Assembly (NCBI GenBank): GCA_051294375.1
Contig: CM119269.1
Span: 15,201,918 to 15,265,917, forward strand
Reading direction: 5' to 3'
Origin: Paraspadella gotoi
Lineage: Eukaryota; Animalia; Chaetognatha
DNA length: 64,000 nt
Numbering within the stretch: the first letter of the stretch is position 1; every line of letters begins with the position of its first letter. Below, one piece after another: positions 24,830 to 37,200 of the stretch. The notes under the pieces are model-generated. The model was not told where the DNA came from and made no database searches. It saw only the letters and a list, made by a program, of their open reading frames with translations. A program made the position numbers and the translations under genes.

Positions 24830-25900
24830 CATTACCGTCAAAACTTTATATCTAGCTTTTTGACTAACTTTCCTACTGGCTCACAAAATTTCATGTCAAT
24901 CTATCATGGGTTAAAATAAATAAAAAGATTCAAGTAAATGTGACTCATATTTTTTTTCATTTAAACTCATTTCCACTGGTACGTTTCCACTGAAACTTTA
25001 TATCAAGCTTCGTCACACATTTTCCTACCCACAACACAAATTTCAACTCAATCTATCCATCCAATTATGATTAATTAGAGTATTTATTGGTTAAAATAAG
25101 TAAAAAGATTTTAGTAAATTCGACTTATGTTTTTTCCATTTAAACTAATTTCCACTCACATGATTCCATCGAAACTTTATATCCAGCTTATCACACACTT
25201 TCCTACTCAACTCACAAAATTTAATTCCAATCCAACCAGCCAATCACGAGTTATTGGAGCTTTTTGCTAAGATGGGACGGATGGACGGATTGATTGACTA
25301 ATTAATTAATTATTGATTAATTTATTACTAATTGATTAATTAACTGATTAATTATTTGATTTATTAATACATCCTGCATATACATTTAATATAAAAGGAA
25401 AAAGAAGCATAATCAATTGGTAAAACAGGTTTTTTGTTTTTTTCCATTTAAACTATTTCCACTCAAACTATTCCATCGAAACTTGATTTCCTGTTCAATC
25501 ACACACTTTCCTACCCACATACAAAATTCCAGGTCAATCAGCCCATCCACTCATGAGCAATTGGTGTTCAAATAGTGAATATATTTTTTGTTTTTTCCAT
25601 TTAAACACATTTCCACTCGGACGATGCCACCGAAACTTCATATCCAGCTCAATCACACACTTACCTATCCTCACACAAAATTTCATTTAAATCCATCCAT
25701 ATCCAAACGAGTAATTGGTGTTTTTTGCTAAGGTGGGACGGACGGACGGCATGGACGGACATCCATTTTTTTGCATAATTTATCATAATTCGATGTTCTG
25801 ACATGATATAAGTGTGTGCCCGACAATATTGAGGGGGCGGACGCGACGGACCGACAAGTGAGTTATAGAATCGGGATCTGCTATAAGCAGATCCGACTAA
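24830..25900 (+). mobile_element. DINE-1/HINE-like element with about five 150-180-bp internal tandem units, (GGAC)n microsatellite and terminal hairpin
   Basis: The unit ccatttaaac..atttccactc..gaaactttatatccagct..cacactttcctac..cacaaaattt recurs near 24840, 24958, 25136, 25444 and 25597. gggacggacggacgg at 25735. Hairpin ggatctgct/agcagatcc at about 25874-25894. Confidence 0.65.
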
Positions 25901-27585
25901 AAATCTACAGATTTTTGCGTAAATTTTTTCCGCAAAAACCTGTCGATTGAGAGAAATTAATTTGCTGACGCTTCTCCTTTCAATAAAAAGAGGGTTTTTT
26001 TTAATTTGTCAACTTAGTATGTTTCTTAGCTATTAAAACTATAAAAATAAGTCAAAAACCGAGTTTTAGTTCAAATAAAACGCACCTCACAAATCCTCAC
26101 AAATTAAAAGTAGGCTTAAAAATTTATTTTGCAGCTAAAGTATTAAATATTTTGCCCTAATTTTTTAGGTACAGAAGCACCAACAATAGGGAATTATTTG
26201 ATTAGAATTGTGACATTTTGAAGTATTTTCGTTTAACAAATTGTAATGAAATGTAAAAATGTAAGTTTTTTGACTAGTCAATTTAAAAATTAATTCATAG
26301 GCAAACAATAGATGATTAACATCAAATGAACCAACTCAGAGGTAAGAAAATAAGGACCCGAAAGCCGGAGTAAAAAATTTTTCATCAATGATCTTGCATT
26401 CAAATCTCAAGACAAAAGTCAAAAGGACAAAAATGGACATAATTTTTTTTATTAAAAGTAGCAAAAATGATATTGATTATTAATTAGAAAATGATGCAGA
26501 GGATTCAATTAATCCGTAGTCTAGCCCACACATTTGATTTTAAGAGTTAATTAATTTAATTAATCTTTAGTATGTTGAGTAATATTCTAATATATGTGAA
26601 ATAAGATCGGATTTTTACGTAATAAAGCTTCTTCCTCGATAGAAATCACTGCCCTTTACATGCAATAATATATATTCTATTTTGCTATAATACTTAGTTT
26701 TCTTTTTCTTTCCCTCTTTAAAACGAACAAAGATGCAAATGAAATAAAACCGAATGAAAAATATAATAAACCAAATAAAAATAATTATTATAAAAAATAA
26801 AAAAATTAATAATACGTAGAAGGAACGAATATTTAAAAAGACATTAAGCTTTAAGGCTAACTAAAACTATCTTTCAATGATGATATACTTTTTAATAAAA
26901 TGTGTGGCTAAGAAGGTTTCGTAGCCACGGGTTCAACCCTCGTTTATGTTTAGCGGTCGCGAAGGAGGCCGGTTACTGACTCTCTCTCACTCTCTCTTAC
27001 TTTATCTGTGCCGTGCTCTCTCTTTTTAGTCTCGTCTGATGATCTTCCATGTTCTACATGTATTCTCTGTACTATATTGTTATTCGCCAATAATATATGA
27101 TTATGACCACTACACTATATAAGTTCAAACATCTATCCGAAATAGAAAATAAATAAGATTCATCAGCCAGAGTCAAAGAGAAAATACCATTAAATGCTTT
27201 AGTTTGTTTTAAATATTAATATTTTAAATTTAAAGTTAAATTAGAAAATTAACCTATTTTAACGGTTCACCGTTAAAAATGTTAGTTTTAACGGTTAAGC
27301 GAAGTTCCTCAAAAATTCCTCAAAAGTTAACGGAACTATACTTTTAACCCGTTTATAAGTGCTTCTACAGAAACAAAAATTATCAAATTTCGACTTTTTA
27401 AAAATTTGATATCCGAGCTAGAAAAATCTAAATCTTTATTTTTTTTTATATAATAAATATTCAAATATAATATTATTTATCAATATTTGGGATGGGGAAG
27501 TTAGTGTTGTCTTCTGGAAATAAAGGGTGCATCTAAACAACACAAGGTTAGATTACTATGTTCCAGTTTTCTAATATATATAATA

Positions 27586-28537
27586 AATGTTGAAAAATAA
27601 CAAAATATAACAAATCAAGTGAGGTACACAGCTATTTTAGTGTAATTTAGTCTGTAGAATTCGATGGTGATGACCATTTTTTTGTATTTTGTTGGAAATG
27701 ACGGTTTTTAATGTATATAAAATTGTTATAAAATAGCAAAACCATTATAAGTTATGATAAATTAAATTATTAAAATTTATATGAGCTTTTGAAATATAAA
27801 AATAAAGACTTTTAAAAATATTTTGGTAAGTTCATTTCTAAATTTTATGTTTTATAAAAAGTTAGTTAACTATATTTATTAATAATTATGAGTAAAAATT
27901 GGGCTAAAATTAAAAAATAATAATTTCAAAATTTTATTCATGGATTTGCATTCTTTATAAAAAGTTGATATAAGAAAATATAATTTTTATATCAAAATTA
28001 TGTTATTAGGTTGGTCAAAATTCAGAAAAACTATAATTTTAAGTCAAAAATTAAAAAAATTAAACAAAATTAATAGTTTTTAATATTTTTAACCTACTTC
28101 ATGAAATAATTTTTTAAAATGGATTATACTTTCTTATATCAACTTTTTGTAAGGAATTCAAATCCGGTTTTAAAATTTTAAAATTTTAATTTTTTCACTT
28201 TAACTTATTTTTTATTATTTATTAATAAATTTAGTTAACAAACTATTAATAAAATATAAAATTTGTAAATAAACTTACCAAAATATTTATATGGGTCTAT
28301 TTTCATATTATGTAAGTTAAATATGGCTTTTATAAAATCTTAATAATTTGAATTTCTTATACTCTACAATGTTTGCTCCATTTTAATAGCACCTTATATG
28401 CTGCAAAAATCGCCATTTCCGACAAAGAAGATGAGACTATACAAAAAAATGGTCATCATCATCGAATTCTACAGACTTTATTACACTAAAATAGCTATGT
28501 ACCTCACTTGATTTGTTATAATTCGTTATTTTTCAAC
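27586..28537. mobile_element. About 950-bp foldback (palindromic) element
   Basis: ataacaaatcaagtgaggtacacagctattttagtgtaa...gaccatttttttgtat (27607-27687) is inverted at about 28440-28520, and the inner arms are also inverted. Related internal motifs at 19855-20085, 14300-14530 and 16790-17090. Confidence 0.75.
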
Positions 28538-30403
28538 GCCCTAATAGATATCATACATCATTCCTGTTGAAAACTCATTAATGAGAAACTCATAACTAAA
28601 AGGCCGAAGAAAAATAACGGGGGAATGAATAATTTTAAAGTATATATTAAAAGTTTTTAAAGTTATTTAATTTTTTTAAAGTTTCTTTAAATTTCTCTAT
28701 ATGATATTGCCATTATATTCATTGATTTCCCTCATCTCGAAAACGAACGTCCAAAATCAAATCTAATTTATGAACTGGGCTTCTCAAACCAAATTAAATA
28801 TTTAAATTTATCAATTAACCTTTTTTTGGAATTAAAACGTAGAGCTTAACACTCAATTATAAACATCGACTAAAACATCTTTACAATCATTTTTTCAATA
28901 TCATTTTCATGATCAGTCCCTAAAAATCTGGTTCAGTTACTTGATGACAAGGGATGGACATTGGACCTATATGTTACTATATAGCTTCGACAAACGTTAA
29001 CGTGACTAAGTTTAAATTACGCAGAAAACGGACTGTTTTTAACACTTTTATTTCACCTAGGTAAGCATACAACTTAAGGAATATTACGGAAGTAGCACTA
29101 ATTAGCTTGATCCTGCATGCATCTGCAAGAGTAAACCAAATACGCATAAAAATGTACCCAGAAAAAAAAAAAAGCGAGAAAGATTATGCAATCTCGCGCC
29201 AACAAAATTGTTGAGGGACCTGCTTTTCGCTAATGGAGGAAGGGGGGGGGGCCGAGCGCTTCGTCCGATCCGCAGCCAACGATCACCGATAGCGTCTCTC
29301 TCGTCGTTTCGAAAATGACGCGTTGGAGTCGCATTGTGCCGCATATGTGTGAATGGTAAATTCTCTAAGTCTAACATACTTTTTTAGATATCGTTAGATT
29401 TTAGGCACTAAACAAAAGGTATATCAACGTCAAAAGGTTGTAATTTAAAAGCGCTTCATGTACTTTTCGTAATAATGAAACTAAAAAGACGTTAAGAAGC
29501 TTGACACGGACATTAATAACAAAATTCTACAAAATTAATATTAAAATCGCGCAAGACGTGATTCAACATTAAAAACGAACTAGCCGCAAAATGATTTACC
29601 CTATTAACTGCAACCTAAATTTAATTAAAGGGAGTGGTTCGTTATATACGCACTACAGGCATTTAAAGTGTAATACTTTACGACATTTGTTTTCCCGTTC
29701 TTTGTCGATGCATACAAGACTCTTAGCGTTAACCACGCAATGAGTTACTCCGTTAATCAGCGTTAGCTTACGCTGAGATTTGCGGTTTCGATAATACAAA
29801 GCGGAATACATGGACAAAAACAAAAAGCATGAGGTAATAACAATTCGTATAATTTAATAATTGCTTTTTTACTTTGCGATATGATATACAAAATTATTAG
29901 TTTTCATCCGCACTTGAAATACTAATGATTAATTTAGTGCAAATCATTTATGTTCTATTTTTAAGTGAAATTACCATTCAGTATGATGCTTAAATTTAAT
30001 GCTGAAAGGATAACTAAGGCAACAATCAGCCCACAATGCTACCCTGACAAGTAGCTCTAAGTGATAAAAGGCAAAACTGAAATTTAAAATTCGTTAACTG
30101 ATCCAGTAGTAGGACTGAAGTTTGAGTATTTGTTGCGCTAGATTCTTGGATCAATAATTAAAATCTTCAATAAATTCATATACTCGATTATCCTATTTAG
30201 ATATAGTAAACAGATAAGAAAAAGACTAATATATTATGGCAAGTTTTTACGACATCCATCTACTTTTTTGCAGGTCGACCACTCAGAAAAGAGCCAATTC
30301 TTTTGAAATATTTTTTTAAATAACAGCTAGTGATGCATAAAATTTCGCTGAAAATAAACTGGGAAATCGATTTTGACCATAAAACCGACCGGAAACATAA
30401 AAT

Positions 30404-30443
<40 letters not shown>

Positions 30444-31231
30444 AAATACGCAAGAGTTTCAATTCGGTCAAGCGACATGATTTCATTCGTTTGTAGGTCA
30501 TATTTGGGTGATGTAGAAATGAATATGTACGAAGAAATAGCATCCATCCGATACTTGATATAAGAACTTAAAAAAGTTTTGACATTACAATAACTAAAAT
30601 TTTACAATTTATTAGTTACAAAATTGATATAATCCGTTATTCGAAATCATAACATTCGATGGTGTGCCTCCTACAAGACCCAATAATTGTAATAATAATA
30701 GGAATGAAATTTTTAAAAAACCTGGTAATTCAAATAAAAATTCAGGGTTTAGAATTTTCAGAACGAAAAAATGTGTCTTATTTACAATGACAATTCTTTA
30801 GCACGCCGAAATTGTCCAAATTTTCAAAGCAACTGTGAAATGTACGCAAACATAATACATGAGCTAATCAGCGTTGAAGGCCGTTGAACAAAACAACATG
30901 TGTAATTTAAATTAGCTAATGACCTTAAGTCTCAATTTAAGTTATAAATAGGTCTTGAGTCAAAAAGTCCATGAAAGTACATAGTAACGCATCAACATCT
31001 ATGTCACAACGAAATACTGCTTTCTGAAAAAGAACAATACCGTACCACGTCTTTAAAGTTAAAAAAGCGAATTTGCTGGCGCGTAGCTGAAGAATTCGCC
31101 CAAGGCTCAAATGGAATGATGACCCCACAGTATCACAGATTTATTTCGAAAAACGATTCCGCAATCGACAATCCTTGGTTTTGAGAAAACGTTGTGACGA
31201 GATGACGATGGCGTCAAGAATTGTGACCCCA

Positions 31232-34200
31232 TCAAAGCAGGTCTGTAAAGTAAAAAAATTGAAAGGATCAATTTTATTTTTAGCACATGTATCTACTTAC
31301 TAAATTATATAGATTTCTTACAACTTACAGGGTAAAGCAATGTTTCTATAAAAAGATGTTATTGTACATATTTTTTCGACAACTAAACTTGGAATATTTG
31401 CTTAAGCAGGGGTATCGGAGGTCTGATGAAAGTTTAAAGATAAAAAAACTAAATTATATAATATATTGTTATTTTTAAATTTTTAAATGCAAAAAGACGG
31501 CTTTCTATTTCTAATTCAATTTATTAACGAAATTTACAATGGATGTTCTCGGTAGCACACGTAATAAAATTGCATAAACTGTGAGCTAATATTCCAAACA
31601 TGGCAGGGTTAACTAAAAGGCAAACTTAATGATACATATATAATAAATAAAAAAGGCAAGCTTAGACAGATAGGTTTTACATTAGACAAAGCAAAAATAT
31701 TGCTAATCAGTTATCATCATTCAATTAATATGCAACTTTCTAGTTTTATAAAAACCATCAATAAAAAGTAATTAATATGAAAAAAACAACAAAAAAACAA
31801 AATAACGATTAAAGACCAATACAGTCCAATCTAGTAAAATATGAGTTTATACTTCCGTGATTGTGAAGAATATCATAACTAATATTTTCCAATCTTGTAT
31901 TGACAATACACAATTACTCATGAACCAGATTTCACTGTTTTTTTTATTCTGTACCAACATAATTATTAAGACGTTACTATAATTTTAAAATCAAAAGATG
32001 CAATTTATTCTTTACATAGTAATTGAATGTTAATATTTTGTACTGATTACTTATGTAAATAAAATACATGCAGAATATGAAAGGAAGCTTTGATTTTTTT
32101 TTCAAGAAGATTATGCAATAAATTCGACGTTTTCTATTTAAAAACAAAATTACATTAGATTAAAAATTTATATATTATTGCATATTCCTTCAATAATATG
32201 ATTCTATGAAAACTCAAGAGTCGGAAGCTTTAATTTAGTTTCATATAAGAAATATAAAACGTGCATTAAGTACAGTACACAATCTTAATTTATTCACATA
32301 AAAACCAATTTTCTGTTGGTATATTCACAGAATCGACCTAAATGGATTTTCGCTAGTTTATCCTTTAGTACCTGAATCACAGTCAGCAAACATGTTTGAG
32401 ACATTAGTTGCTGAATTAGGAGCAAAAGCTATGCTAGGTGTTCCTTGCAAGACAGGTGATGAAGCATCAGAAGGAGGGGAGCAAGTTCGACAAGAGGAAT
32501 CTGGACTCTGATTTGTGAAAACAGCTGGATTTAATAGCCCCGTTTGGGATTTGCTTTCAAAAAAATTGGGACAATTTCCTTGATTCTTGATTCCAGTCTC
32601 GCGCCCATTCAAAGGTAATTTTCCAATGATTGGGGAAGACGTGCAGGAATAAAAAGGATTAGCATCGTCGACAGCAATGGAAGTAGAGTTATAAAAAGCA
32701 TTAGTAGAAAAATGAGTTGGTGATGTGAAATTTTTACATTTAAAGTCGGACTCTAAAGGTAAGTCTTGCCCTTCACTAAGATTACTAACAAAATTTAATG
32801 TAGCATTATCGTCTTCCAAAGGTGAAAAAAAGAAAGATCCTTTACTTTGCTTAATTCCCGATGGATCTAAAATGGCTGAAGAAGGGCCACCGACTCTACC
32901 ATTTGAATTTGGAGTAACATCTGCATTGGAATTCCTTATATCTTCGGTACCAGTGGGATTGTAATGTGCTGATGCTGTATTTACTGTATAAGAATCTGAA
33001 CTTGACCCATTTGTTGAAGAAGCCGTAGAATTATTAGCTGAAACTGGGCTTGATCCAATGCGTAAAATCTGAGTGTCAACTTGTTGAACTGTTGCAGGAG
33101 AAGTTGCACCAAAAAGCTGATTGGATCCACTTGTAGTACTCATAATCATTTGAGAAGATCCCAGTGAACCAATAGATAAATTATCACTTTCCTGTGTGGG
33201 TGAAGCATGTGGACGATCGGCCAAATCATCTTCAGACGAAGTTGTCGAACCTGCATCCGAAGAATCTTGTATGAATACAGGCCGACCTCCGCTTCTACAT
33301 GATAAAGTCATTAAGGGCTGTGATGAGGGATGATGGGAAGGAGATGTGGTTATCTTTGAAGAAGTAGGAGGTTGAGGAGATTGAGACTGCTGTGGAGACA
33401 TTCCAAATCCATCTAAAGATTCAACAGACCTCATGCGAACATCTTCTTGACTGCTTGCACCACTTCCAACTGGCCCAAGCAAATTGGAAAGCGCGGGTGG
33501 CTGAGATGTAATAGGACTAATGGACTGATTTATTGAAGAAGGACTTGTGAGGGATGCTGCACTTGAAGATGGAAGGAAATCCCTTTCAGGATCTCGCTCC
33601 TCAGCGTGGGAAGGCGTAGCCTTGTCACTTTTTTCCTGTTTTTGCTTAGTTGACACCAAGGTTTCTTGGGTCAACCCAGGTTGACTTGAATCAAATTTTA
33701 TAAAATGCACAGAATCTGTAGTTTCAGTGCTTTTAAAAAAAGAATCTGGAGGAACAGCCATTCCCCTTCCCAAATGGCCTGAACTATCTTTGGACGGAGG
33801 CTGACCATGTAAATGATCAATCATACCTTCACTTTTTATTTCATGAATTTCTGCAAAATGCAGAGGCACTTTTCCAGTTCCTTCACTTTTGAGCTCAATA
33901 CATTCATCAGTAGCTTTAGCATAATCGATATGAGACATTTTTTCATTAACCTTTTCTGAAAGACTCACTGGCTGAGCTGTGACTTTCATAGCTTCATTGT
34001 CTTCCAAGGCAACTATCTGTGAAATGGTATTCCCTTCCGGAACAACTAAATTCAATTCATCCTTATCAAAGGCACTGCCCCCATCCAAGCGCTTTTCACT
34101 TGTATCACGTATTCCTTTTGCAAATTCCTCCATTTGTTCTGGAGGTGTAGGTCCTGCCCAAAATGATGAGACAGTTTCATGCTCGACATTCTTATCATTA

Positions 34201-37200
34201 TTTTCAGAAAAAAAATCATTTCCAATCTCTTTCGCTTTAAGAACATCATTTGCTTTATGATGCAAAGCTACTTCTATCTTAGTATCCGCTTCATCTTCAC
34301 TTGAAAAAATAACCTCCACCTCTCTAGCATACTTCAGACCTTTGCCAAATTCTTCTTGGAATTCTTTTCCTTTCTCCTCCATTTCCTTTTCTTTTAGATC
34401 CATAGTAAGCTTCATTTCTTTCTCTTTAGCATCTAATTTCTCCTCAAATTCCTGTGTTTTCTTACTCATTTCCCTCTCAAACCCATTTGCTCGTTCCACA
34501 TCTTCTTTTGCTTCTTTTCTTTTTTCTTCCCAAAATTCCCGATTCTTTTTCCTTTCATAATCCTCAGTGCTTCTTTTAAGCGGACTAAATGACTGGTGCA
34601 ATTCAGATTCCTGACTTTGTTCTAACTCTTTTGCATACAACACCTTTTCTAAGACACGTTCGCGCTCTGATTTGAATTCGTGATCTTGTTCATTAGTAAA
34701 GTTAGTTAAACCTATGTTCTCATTTTTAATTAATGAACCTTTTTCAAAATCAACTAAAGACTGAAGTTCATCTTTAATCAAAGCTTGATGGGATAACTCC
34801 TCACTCTTTGTTTCCACAACATGAACTAAATCTTCATCAATATTAACATTAGTCTGTGGTACAGGCGAAGAGTAAAGATCAACCATTTCCGGTAAATCTG
34901 TTTCTGTCAGATGGGAAACTCGGGTTTCAAACGATGACTTACTAATATCAGTGTTGGGGAAAGCAACGGCAATTTTTTCTTCATTTACTTCATTCTTCAC
35001 TGTCGGTTGCTCATCAGATTTAACCTCAGCGTTGGATGTTTCCTTACTAAAGTTCAAAGGAGATGTGTCTATCATATTGGTTTCTGGCTCAGTTTCTAAT
35101 GCAGAATGGGTGGTATGAAATTTTTCTTCCTTTAATACGATGACTGCCGGATCTTCACGATCTGCTAAGCCATGCTCACTGTTCTTAACCAGATCAGAAG
35201 ATTCGTGGGCTGCTCTCTTGTCCACAATATCACTTATTCCTTTTTCTTTAACTAAAGAAGAAGACAAAGCTTTATCCTTCTCATTATCAAGAGAAGGATC
35301 TTTTGATTCATCTGTCTCTTTATCATTGGATACTGGAGCAACTTGCTGTGTTATCTTTCCCAAACCCAATTTTGTAACTTGCGCAGCATCTTTATCATCT
35401 TTTGTCACTTCAATTTTAGCCTCTTCTTTCAAAATTACTACATCCTCGTCTTTCGTTTCTTCAACAGTAACAAGATGTTCAGTAGTAACTTGGGATTCTA
35501 CCTTCACCTCAGTCTTCACCAAAACGCCCTGAGCATCCCGTATCTCCTGAGCCACGACAGCTTTATCTTTTTTAGTCTCTTCTCTTGGTACAACATCCAC
35601 AACAACATTGTTAGTCTCATGCTTAATTTGTTTAGCCTCCGCAACGTCTTTTGGATCAGCCTCCTTTGCCTCTTCCTTTTTCACCTCATCCACAATTTCC
35701 TTTTTCATAACTTCCCCCACGTCTTCCTTTTTAATACCAACAAACTCATTTAGATCCTCTTTTTTAACTTCAACCTTGTCCTTCTTTATCACAGCATCTT
35801 CCTTTGCCTCATCCTTTTCCACAACACTAAACTCCTTCACTTCTTCCTTTTTCACAACAGCTGCATCCACTTCCTCTTCCACTTCTCCAACATATGCTTC
35901 AACTTCGTCAATTTTAATAACCACCTCTACCGCTTTTTTTTTCACAACAGCAGCCTCATCTCCCTTTCCCATCTTAATAACCACCTCTGGCTCATGCTTT
36001 TTCACAACACCTTCATAATCAACTTTTATTTCCCCATCAATGGCTTTCTCTGCTTCTTCATTTTTTACAACAGCCATTGATTCTTTTGTAGGGGAATCCT
36101 CTGCTGTTTTGGATTTCCTTTCATCCTCCCGTTTTTTTATTAGAAAATTTTCTCCCTCATTTAATTCCTCAGGAGCAGTCTTTGCAGCCTTTTCCACAAC
36201 AGCTGCCTTTTCCACCACAGCTGCCTTTTCCTCCTTGATAACTGCAGTCTCCTTTGCTCCCTTCTTGACAACCGCAGCCTGCGTTTCCTCTTCCTTCTTG
36301 ACAACCGCAGCCTGCGTTTCCTCTTCCTTCTTGACAACCGCAGCCTGCGTTTCCTCTTCTTCCTTCTTGACAACCACAGCCTGCGTTTCCTCTTCTTCCT
36401 TCTTGACAACCACCACCTGCTTTCCCTCTTCTTCCTTTTTGACAACCTCGGCCTCCTTTTTCACTTCTTCCTTCTTGACAATAATCCACAGACTGCTATT
36501 CCTCTTTTTCTTTCTTGATAACCGCAGCTTGCTTTTCCTCTTCTTCCTTCTTGACAACCGCAGCCTCCTTTTCCTCTTCTTCCTTCTTGACAACCTCAGC
36601 CTGCATTTCCTCTTCTTCCTTCTTGACAACCGCAGCCTGCTTTTCCTCTTCTTCCTTCTTGACAACCGCAGCCTGCTTTTCCCTCTTCTTCCTTCTGACA
36701 ACCGCAGCCTGCTTTTCCTCTTCTTCCTTCTTGACAACCGCAGCCTGCTTTTCCTCTTCTTCCTTCTTGACAACCGCAGCCTGCTTTTCCTTTCTTCCTT
36801 CTTGACCAACCGCAGCCTGCTTTTCCTCTTCCTTCTGTACAACCGCAGCCTGCTTTTCCTCTTCCTTCTTGACAACCGCAGCCTGCTTTTCCTCTTCTTC
36901 CTTCTGACAACCGCAGCTTGCTTTCCTCTTCTTTCCTTCTTGAAAACCGCAGCCTGCTTTTCCTCTTCTTCCTTCTTGACAACGCGAGCCTCCTTTTCCT
37001 CTCTTGCTTCTTGACAAATGCAGCCTCCTTTTCCTCTTCTTCCTTCTTGACAACCGCAGCCTCCTTTTCTCCTTCTTCACACCACAGCCTCTTTTCCTCA
37101 TCTTCCTTCTTGACAACCAAAGCCTCCTTTTCCTTATCTTCCTTCTTGACAACCGAAGCCTCCTTTTCCTCATCTTCCTTCTTGACAACCGAAGCCTCCT

